This document shows, in pieces, positions 27,751-37,916 of a stretch of 64,000 bases of DNA; within the stretch, counting starts at the first letter, position 1, and every line of letters begins with the position of its first letter. The stretch covers positions 233,826-297,825 of the forward strand of contig CAZDEB010000001.1 of NCBI GenBank assembly GCA_964504305.1, read 5' to 3'. The position numbers and the translations under genes were made by a program. The stretch is from an uncultured Candidatus Nemicrothrix sp. (GTDB taxonomy: Bacteria; Actinomycetota; Acidimicrobiia; Acidimicrobiales; Aldehydirespiratoraceae). The notes beneath the pieces are model-generated. The model made no database searches and was not told the origin of the DNA. It saw only the letters and a list, made by a program, of their open reading frames with translations.

Positions 27751-28575
27751 TCAGCGGCAGCGGTTATGGGTCGCGCCGATGCCTTCGATCTCGCAGTGCA
27801 CCACCGAGCCCGCGGTTAGCCATTGGGGAGGAGTACGCGCCGCCCCGACTCCGCCTGGTGTTCCGGTGGCGATGATGTCGCCCGGTTCGAGGGTGATCAC
27901 CCGACTCAGATCTTGCACGATGTCGACGGCTCCGAAGCAAAGCTCGGCCGTGTTCGACTCTTGTTTACGAACTCCGTCGACTTCGGTCCAGATAGCTAGG
28001 CCGCTGGCGTCGCCGACCTCGTCGGCGCCGACCAATATCGGCCCTACGGGGGTCATGGCTTCGAAGGTCTTACCCGCCAGGAACTGAGTGGTCCGCCGTT
28101 GGTAGTCCCGGGCCGTCACGTCGTTGAGGACCGTGAACCCGGCGATGGCATCCATGGCTTGGCGCGCCGAAGCGTGTCGACATGGTGATCCAATGACGAT
28201 GGCCAACTCGGCCTCCCAGTCGATCGACGTTGATACTTCCGGCGGCGGGAGAACGATGTCGTCGTGGGCGCCGATCAGCGCGGACCGATACTTGGCAAAG
28301 TAGGTCGGCGCGGTGGGACGGTCGCGGCCCATCTCGGCTATGTGGTCGAGATAGTTGACGCCCACGCACACGATTTTGTCGGGCCGCACGACAAGGGGCG
28401 CGAAGTCGCAATCGCCAAGCGCCATTGACTCCATTTCGGTCGGCGGGTTTGGGCTGGCTAGCACCGCACCGACATCGGCGGCGTCGAGCACAATGGCATT
28501 GTCGCCTTCGATGCGGACGGCGTGCGTGTGACTCGAATGGTCGTTGTCGTGGATGCGTATGGTGGCGAGCTTCAT
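27751..28575 (-). CDS. fumarylacetoacetate hydrolase (FAH)-family protein
   Basis: KIVCVGVNYLDH…IDWEAELAIVIG…FTVLNDVTARD…GDIIATGTPGGVG matches the family. The start was trimmed to ATG 28575 (MKLATIRI), which overlaps the upstream stop (ATGA). Confidence 0.85.
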   Translation of the reverse strand: MKLATIRIHDNDHSSHTHAVRIEGDNAIVLDAADVGAVLASPNPPTEMESMALGDCDFAPLVVRPDKIVCVGVNYLDHIAEMGRDRPTAPTYFAKYRSALIGAHDDIVLPPPEVSTSIDWEAELAIVIGSPCRHASARQAMDAIAGFTVLNDVTARDYQRRTTQFLAGKTFEAMTPVGPILVGADEVGDASGLAIWTEVDGVRKQESNTAELCFGAVDIVQDLSRVITLEPGDIIATGTPGGVGAARTPPQWLTAGSVVHCEIEGIGATHNRCR

Positions 28576-29765
28576 GGGTTTCTCCATGTGTTGAGTCGTT
28601 CGCCGAGCTGATCGATCTGTTCGCCCGAAAGGTTGGCAAAGCTGAATCGAAGCATCAGCTCGTCGGTCGGTGTGAACGCGGTGCCGGGGATCACCAAGAT
28701 GTCGTGCTCGACCACCAATGATCTGACGATGGCCGCGGTCGTGGCTCCTGTCGACGGGGGTGCTTTTACCCAACCAAAGTACGCGCCGGCGGAGACCAAC
28801 TCGAACCCACCGGGCTGACTGTGCATGAGGTTTTCGAACCGTTCTTGCAACTTCGCCACGCGTTGGGATTGCTCCACGCGCCAATCCGTCGCCGACCGTA
28901 AACCGGTGATTGCTGCTTCCTGCCCAATCCATGGCGCACTGATGGCCACGCAATCGAGAATTTTGAGGGCCTCGACCCGTACTGCTTGTCCGGCTACGAC
29001 CGCGCCGATGCGATATCCAGGAATAGCCAAGTCTTTGGAAAACGAATGCAGGCTCACCACCGTGTCTTGCCAGTCTTGCCCCAGTCGGCCTGTCTCGCCG
29101 GGGTCGCTCTTGGGAAAGAGCGAATGGGCCGGGTCATGGCTCGGGCGAAAGTTGCGGTAGGTCTCGTCGATGATCAGCGCAATATCGTGGCGTTCGGCAA
29201 GCAGCGCGAATTGGTGGAGTCGTTCGGGCGGGATCGTTATCCCGGTTGGATTTCCGGGCGTGACCAACACGATGGCCCGCGTGGACTCGTCGATTAGTTG
29301 CTCGGCGTGGGCCAGGTCGGGCCACAACTGCTGGTCGTTGGCTATGTGGCGCGGCTCGATGCCTTCGACCTTGAGCCACATTTCGTGATTGAAGTAAAAC
29401 GGCGTAGCGAGCAGCACCGAATCGCCGGGGCTCGCCAACGCGTTGATCGTCACACAAAACGCTTGGTTGCAGCCCGCCGTGATCAAGACGTCGTCGGCCG
29501 AGACCGAAGCTGCGTAGGCGCCGCTGAGGTCGGTTGCGAACGATTCTCGAAGCGCGGGTAAGCCTGGTTGGGGCGCATAGCGAGCGCTCGAGGGCTCGAA
29601 CGCCGCGGCGGCAATCCGTTCCTGCACAACCATCGCCGGCGGATAGGCCGGCGCCGCTTGCGAAAGATCGAGAAGCGGTCGATCATTCACCCGGTGCGCC
29701 AACAAGCTATGAGCGGCGCCGATCGGCGAATGAATCAGGTCGGTGGTGCGAGACGAAAATTTCAT
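28572..29765 (-). CDS. class I/II PLP-dependent aminotransferase
   Basis: ITAGCNQAF…PGNPTG…SFSKDLAIPGYRIG contains the Schiff-base Lys motif. Size is 397 aa. Confidence 0.85.
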   Translation of the reverse strand: MKFSSRTTDLIHSPIGAAHSLLAHRVNDRPLLDLSQAAPAYPPAMVVQERIAAAAFEPSSARYAPQPGLPALRESFATDLSGAYAASVSADDVLITAGCNQAFCVTINALASPGDSVLLATPFYFNHEMWLKVEGIEPRHIANDQQLWPDLAHAEQLIDESTRAIVLVTPGNPTGITIPPERLHQFALLAERHDIALIIDETYRNFRPSHDPAHSLFPKSDPGETGRLGQDWQDTVVSLHSFSKDLAIPGYRIGAVVAGQAVRVEALKILDCVAISAPWIGQEAAITGLRSATDWRVEQSQRVAKLQERFENLMHSQPGGFELVSAGAYFGWVKAPPSTGATTAAIVRSLVVEHDILVIPGTAFTPTDELMLRFSFANLSGEQIDQLGERLNTWRNP

Positions 29766-29807
29766 GAACTATTCGAAGTGTTGCTCATCGAGACGGCCGG
29801 TGCCTAG

Positions 29808-30587
29808 ATGACTCAGCCCGAAGCCAAACCGGCGGCCACGGCCGAACAGTACCTCGACCGGATTCGCTACACCGGCGACATCGACCCGACCCTCGAATCG
29901 TTGGAGGCTTTGCAGCGGGCCCACATGACGGCCGTGGCCTTCGAGAACATCGATGTGTTTCGTCGCGTTGGTGTGAGCACCGACATCGACACCACGCTGA
30001 CCAAGATCGTGCAAAACGGCAGAGGCGGGTGGTGCTTCGAGAACAACGGTGCCTTCGCCTGGCTGCTCGACCAGTTGGGGTTCGACGTTCGGCGCTTGGG
30101 CGCGGCGGTACTCCTTGGCGGCCCGAACCAACTCATAGACCATCTGACTCTCGAGGTAACGCTCGATCGCCCATACCTGGTTGACGTTGGATTCGGCGCG
30201 TCGTTCGTTCGGCCGCTGGCCCTCAACGTGGCCGGCGCCCAGGACGGAGGCGCAGGGTGCTTTGAGCTGTTGCCGAGTCCGCAAGGCACAACATTGGCTC
30301 GTGATGACGACGGAGTCCCGGTGCCGCAATACCGGTTCAAACGCGTCACCCATGCCCTCGCTGACTTCGAACCAGCCTCGAGGCGGCTTCAGACCGATCC
30401 GAGTGGTCACTGGCTCCAGGGCCCCTTCGCAACCCGGTTGATTGACGGCGGCCCCGACCGGGTAACGCTACTGAAGGACCGGATCAAGTTCGAGCGTGGC
30501 GGTCAGACCGAAGTGGTCGATGTCGCGGCATCTGATTGGTCCGAGACCCTGGCCACTTGGTTCGAGATGACCGTGCCGATGTCCTAG
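29808..30587 (+). CDS. arylamine N-acetyltransferase (NAT)
   Basis: YLDRIRYTGDIDPTLESLEALQRAHMTAVAFENIDV and the catalytic Cys context GRGGWCFENN are present. Confidence 0.85.
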   Translation: MTQPEAKPAATAEQYLDRIRYTGDIDPTLESLEALQRAHMTAVAFENIDVFRRVGVSTDIDTTLTKIVQNGRGGWCFENNGAFAWLLDQLGFDVRRLGAAVLLGGPNQLIDHLTLEVTLDRPYLVDVGFGASFVRPLALNVAGAQDGGAGCFELLPSPQGTTLARDDDGVPVPQYRFKRVTHALADFEPASRRLQTDPSGHWLQGPFATRLIDGGPDRVTLLKDRIKFERGGQTEVVDVAASDWSETLATWFEMTVPMS

Positions 30588-31846
30588 GGCTGGTAGCCGG
30601 TGCGAGCAGCGAGACCAGGGTTGGCGGCGTCGGGGTCGACCGTTTCGAGGCTGCCGCCCTCCGCCCACCATAAGAACCCCAACCCGATCACACCGAAGAT
30701 CACGCCGCCCACCGCCATCGGCGTGACCGTGTTGGTGATCTGACGGTCTACCAGCGCAGCCAACAAGGCCCCGCCGCCTTGGGTTGCCAGCCCCCTGGCC
30801 GCGGCCGCGGTGCCGGCCAAGCGAGACATGGGCTGGAGGGCCAGTGACACGCCCGATGTGGTGACCATGGTCGAAAACGTGCTGGTGGCGGTGATCAATG
30901 CGACCCACACAAAGAACGGCGGAACCCCGTTGGTGGCAAGCGTCGTTACCAGCAGAACCGCGAACGTGGCGGTGAGTCCGAGGTAGGCGCGGCGCACAAG
31001 TTTTGCCGCTCCGACTCGTGCGACGAGGCGGCTGCTCAACCAGATGAACGTGCCGTTGACGGCCGATATCGCGGCGAAGGTGAGTGCGAACCAGTTCTTG
31101 TGGCCGTATATGACGTCGACGATTGGTTGGCTGCTGCCCAGAAACACATAAAACGCGCCGTCACTGAACACCATCGCGAGGATGTATCCAGCGGTCGAAC
31201 GGTTGGAAAACACGGTGCGGTAGCCGCGCGCCGTAGAGCGAAAGTCGAGCGGTCGGCGGTTCTCGGCCGGAAGAGTCTCGCCGAAGTGACGGACCCAGCC
31301 GACGGCAATCAGCGCCAACAAGACCGCGGCGACAAACACTGCTTGCCAGTGCCCGCTCAACAGGAGTCCTTCACCGATGAGGGGCGAGATTGTTGGCCCG
31401 ATCAAGAACGCGGCCATCACCAGGGCCAGTACACGAGCCATCTGGTCGCCGTCGTAAAGATCGCGGGCGATGGCGTGCGAGAGGACGCTCGGCCCCGCCG
31501 CGCCAATACCCCACACCAGTCGGGCCACCAGAACCCACGAAAAACTAGGGGCAACGCTCGCGCCCAAGGCCCCGAGGGTGTAGAGCCCGAGCGACGCGTA
31601 GAGCACCGGTTTGCGGCCGAATCGATCGGCGACTGGTCCGTACAACGGTTGGCCGACCGCCAGCCCAAAGAAATAGAAAGTGACGAGCAGCGATACCTGT
31701 CCGGACCCGCTGCTGAGGGAGAATTCCGAGCGGATTTCGTCGAACGCCGGCAGCACGGTGTCGATCCCGAAGGCCAACAAGAAGCTGAGAAACGCGAGGT
31801 AGGCGATAACTCCCCGCTCGTCGCGGTGATCAGTAAGCGTGGTCAC
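30584..31846 (-). CDS. MFS transporter (Bcr/CflA-like)
   Basis: It has a 12-TM-like hydrophobic pattern and the motif GPVADRFGRKPVL. The start was trimmed to GTG 31846, which overlaps the upstream stop (GTGA). Confidence 0.8.
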   Translation of the reverse strand: MTTLTDHRDERGVIAYLAFLSFLLAFGIDTVLPAFDEIRSEFSLSSGSGQVSLLVTFYFFGLAVGQPLYGPVADRFGRKPVLYASLGLYTLGALGASVAPSFSWVLVARLVWGIGAAGPSVLSHAIARDLYDGDQMARVLALVMAAFLIGPTISPLIGEGLLLSGHWQAVFVAAVLLALIAVGWVRHFGETLPAENRRPLDFRSTARGYRTVFSNRSTAGYILAMVFSDGAFYVFLGSSQPIVDVIYGHKNWFALTFAAISAVNGTFIWLSSRLVARVGAAKLVRRAYLGLTATFAVLLVTTLATNGVPPFFVWVALITATSTFSTMVTTSGVSLALQPMSRLAGTAAAARGLATQGGGALLAALVDRQITNTVTPMAVGGVIFGVIGLGFLWWAEGGSLETVDPDAANPGLAARTGYQP

Positions 31847-33267
31847 GGGTTCGGGATTGTTTTGCCCGGGTTGAACAAACCGTGCGGGTCGAGAGCATTT
31901 TTGATCCGCCACGCCAGTTCGATTTCGAGCGAATCTTTTTGGGTTGACATTTCGTCTCTCAGCACCTGGCCCACGCCGTGTTCGGCGCTGAGGGTGCCGC
32001 CAAACTCGAAGGTAATGGCATCTATCGCGGCCTTGGCGGCGAGTCGGTGCGACGGTTCCCAGTCGCCACTCAGCGGCGGCAAGACATGCAGGTGAATGTT
32101 GCCGTCGCCAATATGGCCGAAGGAGAACGGACGCCATCCGGGTGCGGTCTGGGCAACCGCGGCCTCGGTCTGTTTGACGAAATCGACCACCCGCCCCACC
32201 GGGACCGCCGTGTCGTACTTGATATAGCCGTCAAGGTTGTCCCACAGCTGGGTTGGTGGCATTTCGTCGCGGATCATCCAGAGCGTTTCTTCTTGATCGG
32301 TAGTCGCGGCGATCGTGGCATCGACGATGAATTTGTTGGTGTGAGCGGCCTCGAGAAAGTGCGTTATTGCGTCGGCGGCGTCGAGGCCGTGAGGGGTCGC
32401 CACCCTGACGAGCACGTACCAAGAGCCGACAGTCTCGATCGGTCGCAGCAGGTCGAACTTTTCTACGGCTCGGTCGATCCCGGCCTTTGGCATGAGTTCG
32501 AATGCGGTAACGGTTCCACCAGTCGAACGAGCCAAGGCCAGCAACGACAACACGTCGTCGATCGACCGCAGGGCCACGAGTGCGGTCTGATGGTCGTGGA
32601 TCGCCGGTAGCAGCTTGACCACCGCTCGGGTCACGATTCCCAACGTTCCTTCGGCTCCGATGAAGAATTGGCGGAGCTGATATCCAGTCGAGTCCTTGCG
32701 AAGGGCGCTGAGGCCGTTCCAGATCCGACCGTCGGCCAGCACGACTTCGAGGCCAAGTATGTGGTCTCGGGTCGGACCGAACTGCAAAACGTTGATGCCG
32801 CCGGCGTTGGTCGAGATGGCGCCCCCGATGGAGGCCGTGCCGCGTGCGCCCCAGTCGGGGGCAAACATTCTGCCCGCGCTGGCAGCGGCGTCCTGGATTG
32901 CTTGGATGGTCGTCCCGGCCTGAACCGTGGCGGTGGATCCGGCAACATCGACCTCTTCGATTGCTCGCATCCGGCTGAGCGACACCACTACCGACGCTTG
33001 GCCGTCGACCGGCTGAGCCCCGCCGCTGAGCCCGGTGTTTCCGCCCAACGTGCAGACGCTGATGCCGACCTCGGCACAGGCTCGCACGACATCAGAAACC
33101 TCGTTGGTCGAACCGGGACGGACCGCGGCGACGACCGGTCCGGTAACTATGCCGCGTTGATCTCGTCCGTATTCTTCGGCTTCGGCCTCGGCAAAAGTGT
33201 TGCCCGGGCCGACGATCGCCGCCAGCTTCTCGAGCAACGATTGCCAGTGGTCGGTCCCCGCGCTCAC
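31843..33267 (-). CDS. FAD-linked oxidase (GlcD/D-lactate dehydrogenase-like)
   Basis: The FAD_binding_4 pattern (VCTLGGNTGLSGGAQP…) and the C-terminal GGTLSAEHGVG motif are present. Size is 474 aa. Confidence 0.85.
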   Translation of the reverse strand: MSAGTDHWQSLLEKLAAIVGPGNTFAEAEAEEYGRDQRGIVTGPVVAAVRPGSTNEVSDVVRACAEVGISVCTLGGNTGLSGGAQPVDGQASVVVSLSRMRAIEEVDVAGSTATVQAGTTIQAIQDAAASAGRMFAPDWGARGTASIGGAISTNAGGINVLQFGPTRDHILGLEVVLADGRIWNGLSALRKDSTGYQLRQFFIGAEGTLGIVTRAVVKLLPAIHDHQTALVALRSIDDVLSLLALARSTGGTVTAFELMPKAGIDRAVEKFDLLRPIETVGSWYVLVRVATPHGLDAADAITHFLEAAHTNKFIVDATIAATTDQEETLWMIRDEMPPTQLWDNLDGYIKYDTAVPVGRVVDFVKQTEAAVAQTAPGWRPFSFGHIGDGNIHLHVLPPLSGDWEPSHRLAAKAAIDAITFEFGGTLSAEHGVGQVLRDEMSTQKDSLEIELAWRIKNALDPHGLFNPGKTIPNP

Positions 33268-33274
33268 CGCAGCG

Positions 33275-33829
33275 TCAGTCGTGGCTGGCTAGGCGAAGCG
33301 ACAACTCCGACACTCGTGAGCGCACCGCGTCACGGTCGATGCCAAAGTCGGCCAGCCCCGCCATGATCTCTTCTTCGAACGCGCCCCAACCAAACTGAAG
33401 GGCCGCACACAGGGCAACTTCGGCGAGAAGATCATCGTCGGTTTCGTGACGACCGCTGGCCGCGGCCTGACCTCGAACAATTCGGTGCATGAGGGCAGTC
33501 ATGGGCGACATCGCCTCGTCGATCTCCAACTTGGCGAACGTGCGGTAGCTGGACGCGTCGTCGCCGGTGTTGACCGGAAGAACCCCGTTGGAGTCCCAGC
33601 GTTTGCCCATTTCTTCGGTCGCGACGGTGACGGCCTCGGCGAAAACGGCGTCCTTTGAACCAAAATAGTGATGGATCAGGCCGTAGTTGACCCCGGCGGT
33701 CTTGGCCAATTCTCGACCCGAGATCTGCCGCGGTGACCGCATAGCCATCAACTGGACGGCAGCATTGATCAGGCTGCGGCGCACCGCCTCGGGACCCCGC
33801 ACCGACGGCGATGCCGCGGTATCGGACAC
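33275..33829 (-). CDS. TetR-family transcriptional regulator
   Basis: The N-terminal HTH ISGRELAKTAGVNYGLIHHYFGSKDAVF is present. Size is 184 aa. Confidence 0.85.
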   Translation of the reverse strand: MSDTAASPSVRGPEAVRRSLINAAVQLMAMRSPRQISGRELAKTAGVNYGLIHHYFGSKDAVFAEAVTVATEEMGKRWDSNGVLPVNTGDDASSYRTFAKLEIDEAMSPMTALMHRIVRGQAAASGRHETDDDLLAEVALCAALQFGWGAFEEEIMAGLADFGIDRDAVRSRVSELSLRLASHD

Positions 33830-33830
33830 G

Positions 33831-35687
33831 TCAGCGACCGATCTGCGAGACGTCTCGAACCGCCCCTTGGTCCGCCGATGTCGTCATCGCCGCGTAGGCC
33901 CTGAGCGCCGCCGAGACCTTGCGGGGACGAACCTCGGCCGGTTGCCACGCGGCATCACCCTTGGCTTCCATCGCGGTTCGTCGACGAGCGAGTTCGTCGT
34001 CGGTCACGCGAACAGCGATGGTGCGATTGGGGATGTCGATATCGATGATGTCGCCATCTTCGATCAACCCGATCGCGCCGCCGCTAGCGGCCTCGGGGGA
34101 GGCGTGACCGATCGACAGCCCTGACGTTCCGCCCGAAAACCGGCCGTCGGTGAGCAGTGCGCATTCTTTGCCGAGATTTCGGCTTTTGATGTAGCTGGTC
34201 GGGTACAACATCTCTTGCATCCCGGGGCCGCCTTTGGGTCCCTCGTAACGAATGATTACGACGTCCCCAGCTTGGATCCCGCCTTCGTCGAGGATCCCGT
34301 CGCAGGCCGCTTCTTGACTCTCAAATACCCGAGCCGGGCCAGAGAAGGTGAATATCGACGGATCGACTCCCGCGGTCTTCACGATGCAGCCATCCTCGGC
34401 GATATTGCCAAAGAGCACGGCCAAACCACCGTCGGCAAAGTACGGCTGGTCGGTCGATCGGATGCATCCTTCGGCGCGGTCCAGATCGAGGGTGTCCCAT
34501 CGGGTGCTTTGGCTGAATGCCGTCTGGGTAGGGATACCAGCGGGGCCGGCCCGGAAAAACTCGACCACCTCGGCCGATGGGCTACGAGCCACGTCCCACT
34601 GTTCGAGCGCCGCTTCTAGCGTTTCGCTGTGGATCGTGGGCCGCGACGTGTCGATGAGCCCACCACGAGCGAGTTCGCCGATGATCCCCATGATCCCTCC
34701 GGCTCGATGAACATCTTCGACGTGATAGATCGGCGACGCGGGCGCCACCTTGCAAATTGCCGGGGTGTTGCGACTGAGACGGTCGATGTCGGCCATGGTG
34801 AAGTCGACTTCGCCTTCGCGGGCCATAGCCAAGATGTGCAGAACCGTGTTGGTGGACCCGCCCATCGCGATGTCGAGGGTCATGGCATTTTCGAACGCCG
34901 TTTTGGTGCAAATCGAGCGGGGCAGGACCGAGTCGTCGTCTTTTTCGTAGTAGCGCCGAGCGATGTCGACGATGCGGTTCCCGGCTTCGAGGAACAGCCT
35001 TTCGCGGTCGCTGTGGGTCGCGACCACGGTGCCGTTGCCGGGCAGTGACAACCCGAGCGCCTCGGTGAGGCAATTCATGGAGTTGGCGGTGAACATTCCC
35101 GAACACGAGCCGCAGGTCGGGCACGCCGACCTTTCCATCTGAAGCACGTCTTCGTCGCTGACCGAGACATCGCCGGCTTTGATCATCGGGTCGATTAGAT
35201 CGAGTTTGACTTCGACCCCAGCCAGCTTGGTCTTGCCGGCCTCCATCGGCCCGCCGGTTACAAATATGCACGGGATGTTGAGTCGCATGGCCGCCATCAA
35301 CATTCCCGGTGTGATCTTGTCGCAGTTGGAGATGCAGACCATCGCGTCGGCGCAGTGAGCGTTGACCATGTACTCCACGGAGTCGGCGATCAGGTCGCGC
35401 GACGGGAGGCTGTAGAGCATGCCGTCATGGCCCATGGCGATTCCGTCGTCGACCGCAATCGTGTTGAACTCTTTGGCAACCCCACCCGCGGCCTCGATTT
35501 CGCGAGCGACGAGTTGGCCCAGATCCTTTAGGTGTACGTGCCCCGGCACAAACTGGGTGAAGGAGTTGGCAACCGCGATGATGGGCTTGTCGAAATCCTC
35601 ATCGGTCATGCCGGTGGCTCGCCACAAAGAGCGAGCGCCCGCCATGTTGCGTCCCTGCGTGCTGGTTCTAGAACGGTAGTCAGGCAT
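33831..35687 (-). CDS. ilvD: dihydroxy-acid dehydratase
   Basis: [26 protein letters not shown]…CDKITPGM…[17 protein letters not shown] matches IlvD. Size is 618 aa. Confidence 0.95.
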   Translation of the reverse strand: MPDYRSRTSTQGRNMAGARSLWRATGMTDEDFDKPIIAVANSFTQFVPGHVHLKDLGQLVAREIEAAGGVAKEFNTIAVDDGIAMGHDGMLYSLPSRDLIADSVEYMVNAHCADAMVCISNCDKITPGMLMAAMRLNIPCIFVTGGPMEAGKTKLAGVEVKLDLIDPMIKAGDVSVSDEDVLQMERSACPTCGSCSGMFTANSMNCLTEALGLSLPGNGTVVATHSDRERLFLEAGNRIVDIARRYYEKDDDSVLPRSICTKTAFENAMTLDIAMGGSTNTVLHILAMAREGEVDFTMADIDRLSRNTPAICKVAPASPIYHVEDVHRAGGIMGIIGELARGGLIDTSRPTIHSETLEAALEQWDVARSPSAEVVEFFRAGPAGIPTQTAFSQSTRWDTLDLDRAEGCIRSTDQPYFADGGLAVLFGNIAEDGCIVKTAGVDPSIFTFSGPARVFESQEAACDGILDEGGIQAGDVVIIRYEGPKGGPGMQEMLYPTSYIKSRNLGKECALLTDGRFSGGTSGLSIGHASPEAASGGAIGLIEDGDIIDIDIPNRTIAVRVTDDELARRRTAMEAKGDAAWQPAEVRPRKVSAALRAYAAMTTSADQGAVRDVSQIGR

Positions 35688-35766
35688 GAGCCAAAGGCTA
35701 GTTTCTTTTTAGCCAAAGCTCCTTTTGGCGCCGATCGCGTCGCGTGCGAAGCGGTAGGGTGCCGAG

Positions 35767-36888
35767 ATGTACGTACCGCATCGGGTTCTTTTGGCCCTGC
35801 GGGTTAGCACCGAAATGGGACTGGTTCTGGCGACCGCCGTAGCCACCGCCACCTTCGTCGCCACTCCTTTGGTGCTCAGTGCGGTTGCCGAACGTTTCAG
35901 TGTCAGCGTTGGCACCGCAGCGCTGTTTTCGGCAAGCCAGTTGGGCTGGTTCGTTGTCGGCTCATGGACCGCGGGACGGTTTGTCCAACCCTCGGCAAGG
36001 CTTTTTGTTGCGTCGCTCTTAGTACTGGCTCTCTCCAACCTCGTGAGCGCCGTTGTAACGGCATTTGTGTTGTTGGTGATAGTTCGTGGTGTGGCGGGGC
36101 TGGCCCTGGGAGTCTTGACATGGCTGTCCTATTCACAAGTGTTTGGTAACGCCGAGCGGACCAGCGATATCGCGGTTGTCGGTCCCATTACCGGGGTCGT
36201 TGTCGCCCCACTTTTTGGCCTGCTCCTGAGGGTCTCAGATGTTCGGTCGGTGTTCGTTGTCCTAGCGGTTGTGGCCCTCGTGCCTCTCGTGGCGATACCC
36301 CGGTTCTCGGCTATCCCTCAGCGACGCGATGTTCGCAATCGGGCAATGCCCGCCGCACTGGTGCTCGTCGGTGCTCTCGGTTTTGTCACCCTCGGCGGCT
36401 CGGCGGTGTTCGTGTTTACCGGAGCGATTGCCGCCGACCGGTTCTCGTTGGGGGCGTTCGAACTCTCGTTGGTGTTCTCGGCCAACGCGGCCGCAGGCAT
36501 CCCGGCTGCCCGGTGGCGCGGCGCTCGACCTTTGGCGGGCGCGTGGTTCCTCGTCCCGGCGATTTGCGCGCTCGCGATCGGCCGCCTTAGCGAGCCGGCG
36601 GTGTTCGTGACCGCCATTGTGGTTTGGGGTTTTGCTTTTTGGGTTGCCGTTCCGGGCACCTACAACCTGCTCGCCGAACGGTCGCGGTTTCCCGCCGAAC
36701 GGGCCGGTGACGCCCAAGCAGTGATGGCGGCTGGTCGGTCGGTTGGTCCGCTCTTGGGCGCGTCGCTTGTCGCGGGAGGCTCCTATGCGGTTCTCACCGG
36801 AGTCGGAGCGTTGATACTCGCAGCAGCGGCGCTGGTGATCGTGTCTGTCGAGTTGGGCTCATCCCCGGCGGTGACCGTCGACGGCTAG
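35767..36888 (+). CDS. MFS-type membrane transporter
   Basis: 373 aa, hydrophobic throughout with roughly 10-12 predicted TM segments. No finer assignment is possible by eye. Confidence 0.65.
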   Translation: MYVPHRVLLALRVSTEMGLVLATAVATATFVATPLVLSAVAERFSVSVGTAALFSASQLGWFVVGSWTAGRFVQPSARLFVASLLVLALSNLVSAVVTAFVLLVIVRGVAGLALGVLTWLSYSQVFGNAERTSDIAVVGPITGVVVAPLFGLLLRVSDVRSVFVVLAVVALVPLVAIPRFSAIPQRRDVRNRAMPAALVLVGALGFVTLGGSAVFVFTGAIAADRFSLGAFELSLVFSANAAAGIPAARWRGARPLAGAWFLVPAICALAIGRLSEPAVFVTAIVVWGFAFWVAVPGTYNLLAERSRFPAERAGDAQAVMAAGRSVGPLLGASLVAGGSYAVLTGVGALILAAAALVIVSVELGSSPAVTVDG

Positions 36889-36899
36889 CGTCGAGGTTT

Positions 36900-37916
36900 A
36901 TGCCCGCCGATCCTGTGACCCTCGAAGTTGATGGGCGCGAGGTAAGGGTCACGAGTCCCGACAAAGTCTTTTTTCCGAAGCGGGGCGAAACCAAGCTCGA
37001 CCTTGTTCGCTACTACCTTGCGGTGGCGGAGCCGTTCTTGCGGGCGGTCGGCGGACGACCGCTCCTGTTGGAGCGCTATCCAGACGGCGCCCGCGGCAAG
37101 TCGTTCTTTCAGAAACGGGTTCCGAAAGGGGCGCCGGATTGGCTGAGCACTGTCGAGGTGAGTACCCCCAACGGCACTACATCGAACGCGTTGGTGGCGG
37201 CGGACATGGCCAACATTGTTTGGGCGGTCAACATGGGTTGCTTGGGATTTCACGTGTGGCCGTACCGGGCCGCAGAGCCTGCTTGCGCCGACGAGCTTCG
37301 CATCGATCTCGACCCGCAGCCGGGGACGAACTTTGATGATGTCCGCGCCGCAGCCTTCGCAGTCAAAGCACTCTTGGACGAGGTCGGCATCGTTGCGTAC
37401 CCAAAAACTTCCGGAAGCAAAGGCATCCACATTTATGCCCGGCTCGAGCCCCGGTGGGACTCAATGGCGGTGCGTTACGCGGCGGTGGCGCTGGCCAGAG
37501 AGCTGCAAAAGCGCCACCCCGAAACTCTCACGTGCGAGTGGTGGAAAGAACAACGAGGGGAGCGGGTATTTGTTGATTTCAATCAAAACGCGCCCCATAA
37601 AACGGTGTTTGGAGCATGGTCGGCGAGGCCACGCGTTGGCGCTCAAGTTTCGACCCCGATCACCTGGGCCGAAGTCGCCACTGTTCAGTCCGAGGAGTTG
37701 ACGATCGAGACGGTTCCCGACCGCCTGGCGGCGATGGGCGATGCGTGGGCATCAATCGACGACAACTTGCAGTCGATCGAACCGTTGCTCGAGTGGCATC
37801 GCCGCGACTGGGACCACGGGATGATGGACGCTCCTTGGCCGCCCGTGTATCCCAAGATGCCCAACGAGCCGCCGCGTGTTAGCCCAAGTCGGGCCAAGAA
37901 AGAGCCGAACGGTTAG
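36900..37916 (+). CDS. stand-alone LigD polymerase/primase domain (NHEJ PolDom)
   Basis: VTSPDKVFFPKRGETKLDLVRYY…LLLERYPDG…FFQKRVPKGAPDW…KTSGSKGIHIY matches the LigD Pol domain. Confidence 0.85.
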   Translation: MPADPVTLEVDGREVRVTSPDKVFFPKRGETKLDLVRYYLAVAEPFLRAVGGRPLLLERYPDGARGKSFFQKRVPKGAPDWLSTVEVSTPNGTTSNALVAADMANIVWAVNMGCLGFHVWPYRAAEPACADELRIDLDPQPGTNFDDVRAAAFAVKALLDEVGIVAYPKTSGSKGIHIYARLEPRWDSMAVRYAAVALARELQKRHPETLTCEWWKEQRGERVFVDFNQNAPHKTVFGAWSARPRVGAQVSTPITWAEVATVQSEELTIETVPDRLAAMGDAWASIDDNLQSIEPLLEWHRRDWDHGMMDAPWPPVYPKMPNEPPRVSPSRAKKEPNG

